The translations under genes were made by a program, and so were the position numbers. Below are positions 24,548-34,059 of a stretch of 55,520 bases of DNA, piece after piece. The stretch comes from Candidatus Uhrbacteria bacterium. GTDB lineage: Bacteria; Patescibacteriota; Patescibacteriia; UBA9934. The notes beneath the pieces are model-generated. The model searched no databases and was not told the DNA's origin. It saw nothing but the letters and a program-made list of their open reading frames with translations. The stretch spans positions 1 through 55,520 of the forward strand of contig DMOG01000001.1 in the NCBI GenBank assembly GCA_003453595.1, written 5' to 3'. Positions within the stretch are counted from its first letter, which is position 1; the number at the start of each line of letters is the position of its first letter.

Positions 24548-26056
24548 ATGGCACAAAAACAGCAAATTATCGATGAGTTGCGAAAACAGATTGAGCAATT
24601 CAAATCTGACTCACATGTGGAATCTGTTGGCACGGTTTTATCGGTTGCCGATGGAGTTGTTCGCTTGAGCGGTCTCTCTGATGCAAAATCAATGGAGCTG
24701 CTTGATTTTGGAGGTGGACTCATGGGTGTTGCGCTCAATGTGGAAGAAGAAAGTATTGGTGCAATTATTCTTGGAAGTTCAGAAAAAATTAATGAGGGCG
24801 ATACAGTAAAATCAACTGGTCGTATTCTTTCAATTCCAGTTAACGATCAAGTTGTTGGACGAGTCTTGGATCCACTAGGAAAAGCATTGGATGGAAAAGG
24901 AGAAATTCAAACTGATAATTATCAACCAATTGAAAAAATTGCTCCTGGTGTTATTACTCGAAAATCTGTTTCTGTGCCACTTCACACAGGACTAAAAGCC
25001 ATCGATGCTCTTATCCCGATCGGGCGCGGACAGCGTGAGCTTATTATTGGTGATCGACAAACAGGAAAAACAGCCATTGCTATTGATACAATCATCAACC
25101 AAAAAGGTGAAGGTGTGAAATGTATTTATGTGGCCATCGGACAAAAAGAATCAAAAATCGCTAACATCACTGCCCGACTTGAAAAAGAAGGTGCAATGGA
25201 ATATACCACAATCGTACTTGCCGGAGCATCTGACCCAGCATCACTTTCTTATATTGCTCCATACGCTGGTTGTGCCATTGCCGAGTATTTTATGGCCAAA
25301 GGTGAGGATGTACTTGTAATCTATGACGATCTTTCTAAGCACGCTTGGGCATATCGAGAAATTTCTTTGCTCTTGCGCCGACCACCTGGACGAGAAGCTT
25401 ATCCTGGAGATGTTTTCTATCTACACTCACGACTTTTAGAGCGTTCAGCTCGTTTGAGCGAGGAATTTGGTGGCGGATCAATCACAGCACTTCCAATCAT
25501 TGAAACACAAGGTGGAGATGTATCTGCTTATATTCCAACTAATGTTATTTCCATCACCGATGGACAGATCTACCTTGAAAGTGATTTGTTTTACAAAGGT
25601 CAAAGACCAGCTCTTAACATTGGGCTTTCAGTTTCTCGAGTTGGATCATCAGCACAAACAAAGGCAATGAAGTCTGTTGCCAAAACTCTCAAAGTTGATT
25701 TGGCTCAGTTTAGAGAACTTGAGGCCTTTGCTCAATTTGCTACTGATCTTGACGAAGCCACAAAGAAACAGCTAGAACGTGGAAAGCGGTCAATGGAACT
25801 CATCAAGCAGGCTCAATACCACCCGATATCATTTGTTAAGCAATCAATTTTAATCTTCTTACTTAATGAAGGCTATCTTGATCAGATTGATGCTAAGGAA
25901 ATCAAGAATTTTGAAGACAAATTCCTAAATTATCTCGACACAGCTGGAGCTGATGTAATCAAAAAGGTTACTGATGAAAAAGAGCTTTCTGATGAAACAA
26001 AAAATAGAATTAAAGAACTTACTGATTCATTTCTAAAAGGATTCCTTAACGCCTAG
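24548..26056 (+). CDS. atpA: F0F1 ATP synthase subunit alpha
   Basis: Walker A GDRQTGKT, plus the conserved YDDLSKHA and [20 protein letters not shown]. Confidence 0.95.
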   Translation: MAQKQQIIDELRKQIEQFKSDSHVESVGTVLSVADGVVRLSGLSDAKSMELLDFGGGLMGVALNVEEESIGAIILGSSEKINEGDTVKSTGRILSIPVNDQVVGRVLDPLGKALDGKGEIQTDNYQPIEKIAPGVITRKSVSVPLHTGLKAIDALIPIGRGQRELIIGDRQTGKTAIAIDTIINQKGEGVKCIYVAIGQKESKIANITARLEKEGAMEYTTIVLAGASDPASLSYIAPYAGCAIAEYFMAKGEDVLVIYDDLSKHAWAYREISLLLRRPPGREAYPGDVFYLHSRLLERSARLSEEFGGGSITALPIIETQGGDVSAYIPTNVISITDGQIYLESDLFYKGQRPALNIGLSVSRVGSSAQTKAMKSVAKTLKVDLAQFRELEAFAQFATDLDEATKKQLERGKRSMELIKQAQYHPISFVKQSILIFLLNEGYLDQIDAKEIKNFEDKFLNYLDTAGADVIKKVTDEKELSDETKNRIKELTDSFLKGFLNA

Positions 26057-26059
26057 TCT

Positions 26060-26965
26060 GTGGCCACAAATGCAAAAACAGTAAAGCGACGCATCAAATC
26101 CATTGCTAATACCAAGAAGATTACCAAAGCAATGGAGCTTGTTGCTGCCAGCAAAATGAGAAGAGCTACTCAGCTTGTCACTGCTTCTCGTCCTTTTGCG
26201 CAACTTTCATGGCAAACAATCAATGCTATTGGTAAAGCCACGCAAAAATCCAGTCATCCACTTTTGGAAAAAAATGAAGATGCAGAAAAAACCCTATTTG
26301 TCCTAATTACAGCTGACAGAGGATTAGCTGGCGGGCTAAATAGCAACATGATTAAGGAGGCGATGTTGGCAATCAAGTCAGTTGATGATGGCACAACCAT
26401 TGACGCCATTGCTATTGGTCGTCGCGGCGGAGACGCTTTAACTCGAAATAAGGTTGAAGTTATTGCTCGATTTGAGGATCTTTCCAACAAACCAACATTT
26501 GGAGCAATCCTTCCGGTTGGCAATCTCATATTAGAAAGCTATTATCAAAAAAAATATAAGCGAGTATTGCTTGGTTACACAGACTTTGTTTCAAGCTTGT
26601 CACAAAAGCCTCGTATTATAGAACTACTTCCACTCGGTGCAGCAGACAGGGAACTTGGCAGTGTTAGCAAGAATGACTCAGTTGCGGAGGAGAAACAAGA
26701 GCAAAAACTAGAATATTTATTTGAGCCAGATCCACAAGAAGTGCTAAATAGAATGTTGCCTAGATTAGTTGAAACCATGCTTTATCAGGCGCTACTTGAA
26801 TCGTCAGCATCAGAACACTCTGCTCGTATGCTGGCCATGAGAAACGCCACGGACAGTGCTAACGATATGCTAAAAGAATTAACCTTTACATTTAACCGCA
26901 TTCGCCAAGCATCAATTACCCAAGAAATTGCTGAAATCTCAAGCAGTAAAGCAGCAATTGAATAA
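26060..26965 (+). CDS. atpG: F0F1 ATP synthase subunit gamma
   Basis: GTG start. N-terminus IKSIANTKKITKAMELVAASKMRRA and C-terminus ITQEIAEISSS. Confidence 0.9.
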   Translation: MATNAKTVKRRIKSIANTKKITKAMELVAASKMRRATQLVTASRPFAQLSWQTINAIGKATQKSSHPLLEKNEDAEKTLFVLITADRGLAGGLNSNMIKEAMLAIKSVDDGTTIDAIAIGRRGGDALTRNKVEVIARFEDLSNKPTFGAILPVGNLILESYYQKKYKRVLLGYTDFVSSLSQKPRIIELLPLGAADRELGSVSKNDSVAEEKQEQKLEYLFEPDPQEVLNRMLPRLVETMLYQALLESSASEHSARMLAMRNATDSANDMLKELTFTFNRIRQASITQEIAEISSSKAAIE

Positions 26966-26973
26966 ACTTCTAA

Positions 26974-28359
<1,386 letters not shown>

Positions 28360-28406
28360 TCAGGTCTGACCTACCTTCTACATTCTACCCTCTACATTCT
28401 AGTCCT

Positions 28407-28847
28407 ATGCAAAAACTCCATCTTAAAATAGTTACCCCCGAACGAATTGTCTTTGAAGACTCAGTTGATTCGGTTTCAGTAATGACAGAAAATGGAGAAA
28501 TTACCATTTTGCCAAACCATGTTCCTTTAGTTTCACTATTAAGATCTGGTGAGATGCGTCTTAAGGATGATAAACAAGAAACCTTACTGGCTGTTTCTAC
28601 TGGATTAATCGAAGTAAAACCTGGCAACATCATTGTCGTTCTAGCCGATACTGCCGAGCGATCAGACGAATTGACTCTGGAGGAAATAGTAAAAGCAAAA
28701 GACCTTGCCCAAAAACGTTTGGAAGATGCCAGAGACAAGAACGATGTCGCCTATGCCGACGCTCTGGTTCACATGGAAAGAGAACTCGCCCGCTACAAAG
28801 TCGCATCAAAAGGGAAATATAGGGATGTAGGCGGAAGTGGAAAGTAG
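28407..28847 (+). CDS. atpC: F0F1 ATP synthase subunit epsilon
   Basis: N-terminal beta-sandwich (KIVTPERIVFE...GEITILPNHVPLVS) and a C-terminal helical hairpin. Last gene of the operon. Confidence 0.88.
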   Translation: MQKLHLKIVTPERIVFEDSVDSVSVMTENGEITILPNHVPLVSLLRSGEMRLKDDKQETLLAVSTGLIEVKPGNIIVVLADTAERSDELTLEEIVKAKDLAQKRLEDARDKNDVAYADALVHMERELARYKVASKGKYRDVGGSGK

Positions 28848-28884
28848 AAAGCTAAAAGTACAAAGTATAAAATTTAAACAAAGA

Positions 28885-28909
28885 AGACAGGCCGAAAGGC
28901 CTGTTTTTG
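28885..28909 (+). terminator. rho-independent terminator of the atp operon
   Basis: acaggcc (28887-28893), loop gaaa, ggcctgt (28898-28904), then TTTTT. Confidence 0.85.
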
Positions 28910-28911
28910 TA

Positions 28912-28939
28912 TTGACATAATCATAAAAATTGATAAACT
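28912..28939 (+). promoter_or_regulatory. sigma70-type promoter with extended -10
   Basis: TTGACA (28912-28917), a 16-nt spacer, then TGaTAAACT (28931-28939). Confidence 0.55.
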
Positions 28940-28974
28940 GCTGTAGCAATTTTGCACACTCTCAAGAGGTAAAG

Positions 28975-29403
28975 ATGTCACACACCTGCTCGCACTTGCT
29001 TGTCCGTTGTATGGATTTTAGACTTGAGGATCCGATCCATGAATACCTAAAGAAGCATGGACTGGTCGGAAAGACTGACATTATTTCTCTTCCAGGTGGA
29101 ATAAAAGACCTTGTCGCCAACGGCAGGGAAAGCGTCACGATCCAGCAGATCTGCATGGCAGTTGAACTTCACGGAGTTTCCACCATCATGCTCATGAACC
29201 ACTCGGATTGTGGCGCATATAGTCAACATCACTTTGGAAACTCTTCTGATGAAACAGCGTTCCATTACAGACAACTCTGCCAGGCAGTGGAAACGCCTCG
29301 AGTCGTCTTCGACAACAATATGATCTACACCTTGCTGTACGGCTACAAAAATCAGCCAAAGGACCCGAGCTTCAAGATCCAACAACTCTACATAGTTCGC
29401 TGA
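28975..29403 (+). CDS. small beta-carbonic-anhydrase-like protein (142 aa), GC-richer paralog
   Basis: CMDFR and NHSDCGA motifs parallel the CxDxR / HxxCG zinc-ligand motifs of Cab-type beta-CAs. AAGAGG lies 5 nt upstream of ATG 28975. Confidence 0.55.
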   Translation: MSHTCSHLLVRCMDFRLEDPIHEYLKKHGLVGKTDIISLPGGIKDLVANGRESVTIQQICMAVELHGVSTIMLMNHSDCGAYSQHHFGNSSDETAFHYRQLCQAVETPRVVFDNNMIYTLLYGYKNQPKDPSFKIQQLYIVR

Positions 29404-29422
29404 TTTGCCTATCGATCTCCAT

Positions 29423-29444
29423 CCGGCCCCTCGTGGCCGGTTTT
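29423..29444 (+). terminator. rho-independent terminator
   Basis: ccggcc (29423-29428) pairs with ggccgg (29435-29440), followed by TTTT. Confidence 0.8.
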
Positions 29445-29514
29445 GCGCATTTATGTTAATATATCCACGAATTAATCACTTTTCCAACCTTTAATCACTT
29501 CTAATCACTTTTTT

Positions 29515-29925
29515 ATGTCCCACTCTTGCACCCACGCCATTGTCCATTGTATGGACTTCCGTCTTAATCCTTCAATCCAAGACTTTCTGGAAACCCACGA
29601 TTTAGTCAACACAACCGACATTATCGGTGTGGCTGGAGCTGTCAAAGACATCAACGACACAGAACAAGGTTTTGTTGAAACTCAGATTGATCTTTCAGTA
29701 AAACTTCACGCAATCACAACGCTCATGCTCATGAACCACACAGATTGTGGAGCATACGGCGGATCTGATAAATTTGAGACTAAGGAAGAAGAAAAAGAAT
29801 TTCACATTGGCGAGCTTCGTAAAGCACAAGCAAAACTAAAAGCAAAATATCCAAATCTAGAAATTGTCATTATGCTCGGAGACACAATAAACAATGAGCA
29901 AACGAATATTGTAGTAGTCGAGTAA
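29515..29925 (+). CDS. small beta-carbonic-anhydrase-like protein (136 aa), paralog of 28975-29403
   Basis: MSHSCTHAIVHCMDFRL...MNHTDCGAYG aligns along its whole length with the upstream paralog. Confidence 0.55.
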   Translation: MSHSCTHAIVHCMDFRLNPSIQDFLETHDLVNTTDIIGVAGAVKDINDTEQGFVETQIDLSVKLHAITTLMLMNHTDCGAYGGSDKFETKEEEKEFHIGELRKAQAKLKAKYPNLEIVIMLGDTINNEQTNIVVVE

Positions 29926-29939
29926 TCAGAACCCAGACT

Positions 29940-29969
29940 AAAAAAGGACGGCACATGCCGTCCTTTTTT
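29940..29969 (+). terminator. rho-independent terminator
   Basis: aggacggc (29945-29952) pairs with gccgtcct (29957-29964), followed by TTTTTT. Confidence 0.85.
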
Positions 29970-29976
29970 AAATACG

Positions 29977-30005
29977 CAGAGTTGAACTCCCCAGAGTTCA
30001 ACTCC
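29977..30005. promoter_or_regulatory. two adjacent 11-bp palindromes GAGTT-N-AACTC (candidate operator pair)
   Basis: cagagttgaactcc (29977-29990) and cagagttcaactcc (29992-30005), period 15 nt, about 45 nt upstream of the helicase -10 element. Confidence 0.4.
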
Positions 30006-30047
30006 GATCAACAACCTTCCTCGGAAACATCAACCAATTTCAATCTG

Positions 30048-30056
30048 TGGTAAAAT
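30048..30056 (+). promoter_or_regulatory. extended -10 promoter (TGgTAAAAT), 9 nt from ATG 30066
   Basis: TG at 30048-30049 and TAAAAT at 30051-30056. Confidence 0.45.
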
Positions 30057-30065
30057 GAGGTCAAT

Positions 30066-33044
30066 ATGAGTCAAAACCTTTTGGAAAACTTAAATCCTCA
30101 GCAACTTGAGTCTGTTATGCATGATCAGGGGCCTTTGATGATCATTGCTGGTGCTGGAACCGGGAAAACTACTGTTATCACCCAGCGGATAGCTTGGTTA
30201 ATTGAGCAAGGAAAAGCCAAACCCGAGGAAGTGTTGGCTCTGACTTTTACTGAAAAAGCAGCTACCGAGATGGAAGAGCGAGTTGATCAGCTTTTGCCAA
30301 TTGGCTATGTACAAATGTGGATTTCAACCTTTCACGCCTTTTGCGAGCGTATTTTGCGTGAACACGCACTGGATATCGGCATACCACATGAGTTTACTTT
30401 ACTTGATGAAGTTGATACCTACCTCTTAATGCGAAAAAACTTTGACCGCTTTGAGCTTGATTATTATCGCCCAAAATCAAACCCAACTCGTTTTATCAAA
30501 GCTCTTTTGCAACATTTCTCCCGCATTAAAGACGAAATGGTAACACCAGAGCAATATTTGAAATTTGCCGAAGATCTGCGGGCAGATCTTGATATTACCG
30601 AGGGGATCAAACAAATAAAAGGCAACACCCCTAAATCCCCACTTGGGAATGGGGGAAGCGAGGTATCAAAGGATCAACAGGCTCAGATTGATGAGGTTGA
30701 TCGGATTAGTGAACTAGCTAATGCTTATCATATATATCAACAAATATTGCTGGAAAATAGTTCATTGGACTTTGCTGATCTTGTTAGCTATACAATTGAA
30801 CTTTTTCAAAAAAGACCGGCAATTTTAAAAAAATACCAAGAGCAGTTTAAATATATTTTAGTTGACGAGTTCCAAGACACAAACTCTGCGCAATACATGC
30901 TGGTCAAACTTCTGCTAAAAGAACCAATGAACATCACGGTTGTTGGCGATGATGACCAATCAATCTATCGTTTTCGAGGCGCATCATTATCAAACATCCT
31001 TTCCTTTAGTTCTGATTTTTCAGAAGTCAAAAGAATAGTCTTAAACGAAAATTATCGAAGCTCTAATTCGGTTTTGAAATATGCCTATGACATGATTCAG
31101 AACAATAATCCGCATCGGCTTGAGCATCGTGAAAAAATAAGTAAAGAACTAAGGCCAAATCTAGGGATTGAGGGAAAAGTTGATTATGTAATTGCGTCAA
31201 ATCAAAACGAAGAGGTCGGAGATGTTATTGCAAAAATTATTTCTCTAAAGTCAGAACACGACTGCCCCTGGAACAGCTTTGCAATTCTAGTTCGTGCCAA
31301 TGACCACGCAACCCCGTTTATAGAAACCATGGACGCCTTAAACATGCCATATCGATTCTTAGCGCTTTCCGGACTCTACACTAAGCCACTGATCCTTGAT
31401 TGTCTTTCCTGGATGCGGGTAATTGATCTTCCTTATGACAGCCCATCTTTATATAGAATTTTAAGTCATCCGGAACTGGGAATTTCTCAGGACGACATTG
31501 CTAAATTATCAATGCAAAGCCGAAAAAAGGGATTAGCTCTTTTTGATACACTAGAACAAACTCCTGAGTTGTCTAACTCTGCCAAACCTAGAATTACAGA
31601 ATTTTTAGGAGCTTTAACCGAGCTAAGAACTCTTTCCAAGCGAAAACCAACATCTGAACTTTTCGTTGAAATCATTAAGCAAACTGGTATTTTTGGACTA
31701 ATCCAACAGCTTCCAGAACTAAGTCAGCAGGAACACAACAAGCTTTTGAATCAATTTTTTGATCGGATTAAGCGCTTTGAAGCTGCCAATGATGACAAGG
31801 CTCTGCATCATTTTCTTGAGGAATTTGAACATGAGCGAAGCTCTGGGGAAGCTGGCGCACTATCCTCTGACATGGAAAGTGGACCAGATGTGGTGCAAGT
31901 TATGACCATTCATGCCTCAAAAGGCCTGGAATTTCGCTTTGTCTTTGTTGTTAATATGGTGGAGCAAAGATTTCCATCACAACGAAGATCTGACCCGATA
32001 TCAATTCCCAGTGGCCTAATACAGGTTCTAACTGACCCTAATCGCGATGAGCACATCGAGGAAGAACGCAGGCTTTTTTATGTGGCCATGACCAGAGCAA
32101 AAGAGCACTTATATCTTTATTCTGCAGATGATTATGGTGGAACACGAAAGCGAAAACCGTCACGATTCTTGCAGGAGCTTGGGATCAAACCAACCGCAAT
32201 TCTGGATCTTAAAAATATTGCAGTAGAACAAGAGCCAATAAATCCAAGTTCACAAATTGTTCATACTTTGCCAAATGCTATTAGCTTTACCCAAATTGCC
32301 GCATTTGCTAATTGTCCACTGCAGTATAAGTTTGCTCACATTTTGCGAGTCCCTGTTTTTGGCAAACATCAAATGAGCTTTGGAAAAACCATGCATAATG
32401 CTCTTGAACAGTTTTGCAAAGCCTATATCGAAACTCAAAGTCTTGAACAAACATCACTACTTAAGACAGCCGAGCATTGTATTAGTCCGATCCCATCAGA
32501 GGAACAACTGCTTGAGTTTTATTATCAATGTTGGATTGATGAGTGGTATCCTGATGATGAAGTTAGAGAGGAATATCGTCAAAAGGGAAGAGATAAGCTA
32601 ATTGAATATCGGGCAATAATCGATATATCTCGACCAAAAATTGAATTTTTGGAAAAAGACTTTACCTTGAAAATTGGAGATATTTCCATGAAAGGTCGCA
32701 TCGACAGAATCGACAAACTTAATGATGGTTATGAAATTGTTGACTATAAAACTGGAAATCCAAAGACAAAATTAGACTGGGATGAGAAAAAGCAGCTTGT
32801 GCTTTATGCTCTTGCCTGTGAAAGGTGCTTTGATCCGGCTTTAGAGGTTAAAAAAGTTACTTATCATTATCTCGAAGATAATACATCATTATCATTCATG
32901 CCGTCTGATAAAGATAAGCAAAAGCTCATTGATGAGGTTATATCTGCAGTTGAAACTATGCGCCAAAGTACTTTTGATCCAACTCCGGGATTCCACTGTC
33001 AGTATTGCGACTTCCGCGACATCTGCGAATTTAGCGACTTTTAA
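30066..33044 (+). CDS. UvrD/PcrA-type SF1 helicase fused to a C-terminal PD-(D/E)XK nuclease with a 4-Cys cluster (AddB/Cas4-like)
   Basis: Walker A AGAGTGKT, DEFQDT, VGDDDQSIYRFRGA and VMTIHASKGLEF. The C-terminus has DRID, EIVDYKTG and CQYCDFRDIC, plus an upstream Cys in FANCPLQYKF. Confidence 0.88.
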   Translation: MSQNLLENLNPQQLESVMHDQGPLMIIAGAGTGKTTVITQRIAWLIEQGKAKPEEVLALTFTEKAATEMEERVDQLLPIGYVQMWISTFHAFCERILREHALDIGIPHEFTLLDEVDTYLLMRKNFDRFELDYYRPKSNPTRFIKALLQHFSRIKDEMVTPEQYLKFAEDLRADLDITEGIKQIKGNTPKSPLGNGGSEVSKDQQAQIDEVDRISELANAYHIYQQILLENSSLDFADLVSYTIELFQKRPAILKKYQEQFKYILVDEFQDTNSAQYMLVKLLLKEPMNITVVGDDDQSIYRFRGASLSNILSFSSDFSEVKRIVLNENYRSSNSVLKYAYDMIQNNNPHRLEHREKISKELRPNLGIEGKVDYVIASNQNEEVGDVIAKIISLKSEHDCPWNSFAILVRANDHATPFIETMDALNMPYRFLALSGLYTKPLILDCLSWMRVIDLPYDSPSLYRILSHPELGISQDDIAKLSMQSRKKGLALFDTLEQTPELSNSAKPRITEFLGALTELRTLSKRKPTSELFVEIIKQTGIFGLIQQLPELSQQEHNKLLNQFFDRIKRFEAANDDKALHHFLEEFEHERSSGEAGALSSDMESGPDVVQVMTIHASKGLEFRFVFVVNMVEQRFPSQRRSDPISIPSGLIQVLTDPNRDEHIEEERRLFYVAMTRAKEHLYLYSADDYGGTRKRKPSRFLQELGIKPTAILDLKNIAVEQEPINPSSQIVHTLPNAISFTQIAAFANCPLQYKFAHILRVPVFGKHQMSFGKTMHNALEQFCKAYIETQSLEQTSLLKTAEHCISPIPSEEQLLEFYYQCWIDEWYPDDEVREEYRQKGRDKLIEYRAIIDISRPKIEFLEKDFTLKIGDISMKGRIDRIDKLNDGYEIVDYKTGNPKTKLDWDEKKQLVLYALACERCFDPALEVKKVTYHYLEDNTSLSFMPSDKDKQKLIDEVISAVETMRQSTFDPTPGFHCQYCDFRDICEFSDF
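30625..30660 (+). repeat. GC-rich palindromic element embedded in frame in the helicase gene
   Basis: acacccctaaatccccacttgggaatggggga resembles the elements at 17391-17423 and 44493-44525. Encodes ...NTPKSPLGNGGSE... Confidence 0.4.
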
Positions 33045-33096
33045 CCACTTATACTTCCTCTACCTCATTTACCACTTTTACCCCCTATTTTTGCCC

Positions 33097-33489
33097 ATGT
33101 CCTGGAACAAACCAACATACAAACTTCCAAAAAAGGCTGATCGACCCTTTCGTAAAAATGCCGTTTTGATGGGAAATCTGGTTTCAGATACTCTGGCACG
33201 ACATGGAATTGGAGCACAAGTCAAAGCAGCGATGATTGTTCGCGAAGGAAATTTAATACTAAACGAATTAATCGAAACAACTTTGCGCCAGGATTTTCGA
33301 GTTATATCGTTTGTAAGAGGGAACTTAACAATTACTTGTCGCCATAGCGCTTCTGGTCATTTAATGACTTCACTAAGAGCAGAATTACAAAATAGTATTG
33401 AACAAAGAGTACCAGACGCTATAATTTCTGAAATTTATATTAGGATTGATCCACACGCTGTCGATCATTCTGCCGAAAGCTTGGTATAA
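33097..33489 (+). CDS. DUF721/DciA-like protein
   Basis: 130 aa. The pattern ...RVISFVRGNLTITCRHSASGHLMTSLRAELQNSIEQRVP...ISEIYIRI fits the DUF721 core as I recall it. ATG 33097 was chosen because the upstream part of the ORF overlaps the helicase. Confidence 0.6.
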   Translation: MSWNKPTYKLPKKADRPFRKNAVLMGNLVSDTLARHGIGAQVKAAMIVREGNLILNELIETTLRQDFRVISFVRGNLTITCRHSASGHLMTSLRAELQNSIEQRVPDAIISEIYIRIDPHAVDHSAESLV

Positions 33490-33622
33490 TGGCAATGGAT
33501 GTTTAAATTGTTGAAAATGTTTATTTAGAAAACAACAACTTAAACAATTAAACATCTTAAACCCGCCTCATAACCTCTTTGATCTCTTTAATCCCTCCAA
33601 TCCTCTCAATCCCATCGCCACT

Positions 33623-34015
33623 ATGTCTGTAAAACAATATATCTTATTTCTGGCTTCAGGAACTGCTCTCACTGCCTGTGCCTGGTTTATTGTCCTAATT
33701 AGCATTAATCCTGTCTCCTCTGGTGTATTTGGCTTTTTGGCGTTTTATGTGGCTCTGTTTTTAGCATTAATGGGTTTTTTCTCAACCATCGCCACAATCC
33801 TTCGCATTATCCGCAAAAAACATGTAACTACTGAGGCAATGATAAAAGTGTCATTACGCCAAGGACTTTTACTGGCAATTCTTTTTGAAGGCGCATTAAT
33901 CCTTGTTTCAAAAGGATATTTATCAATTCCTCTACTATTGCTTCTCATTCTAATCATTTCGATTATTGAATTTATTGCTCTTTCTTTTGAAACTGGCTCC
34001 CACAAGAGCTCTTGA
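33623..34015 (+). CDS. membrane protein (130 aa, four hydrophobic helices)
   Basis: Clean ATG ORF of hydrophobic character. No motif recognised. Confidence 0.55.
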   Translation: MSVKQYILFLASGTALTACAWFIVLISINPVSSGVFGFLAFYVALFLALMGFFSTIATILRIIRKKHVTTEAMIKVSLRQGLLLAILFEGALILVSKGYLSIPLLLLLILIISIIEFIALSFETGSHKSS

Positions 34016-34059
34016 AGGATAATACTTCATGGGATAAAATAGAGGTTCAAGAAGCACCT

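Noticed and set aside
33498-33556. AT-rich imperfect inverted repeat (gatgtttaaattgtt ... aacaattaaacatc) after the DUF721 gene as a terminator
   Set aside because: The stem is almost purely A-T with a bulge, and no U-tract follows. It is plausible by chance in AT-rich DNA, so it was not listed as a feature.
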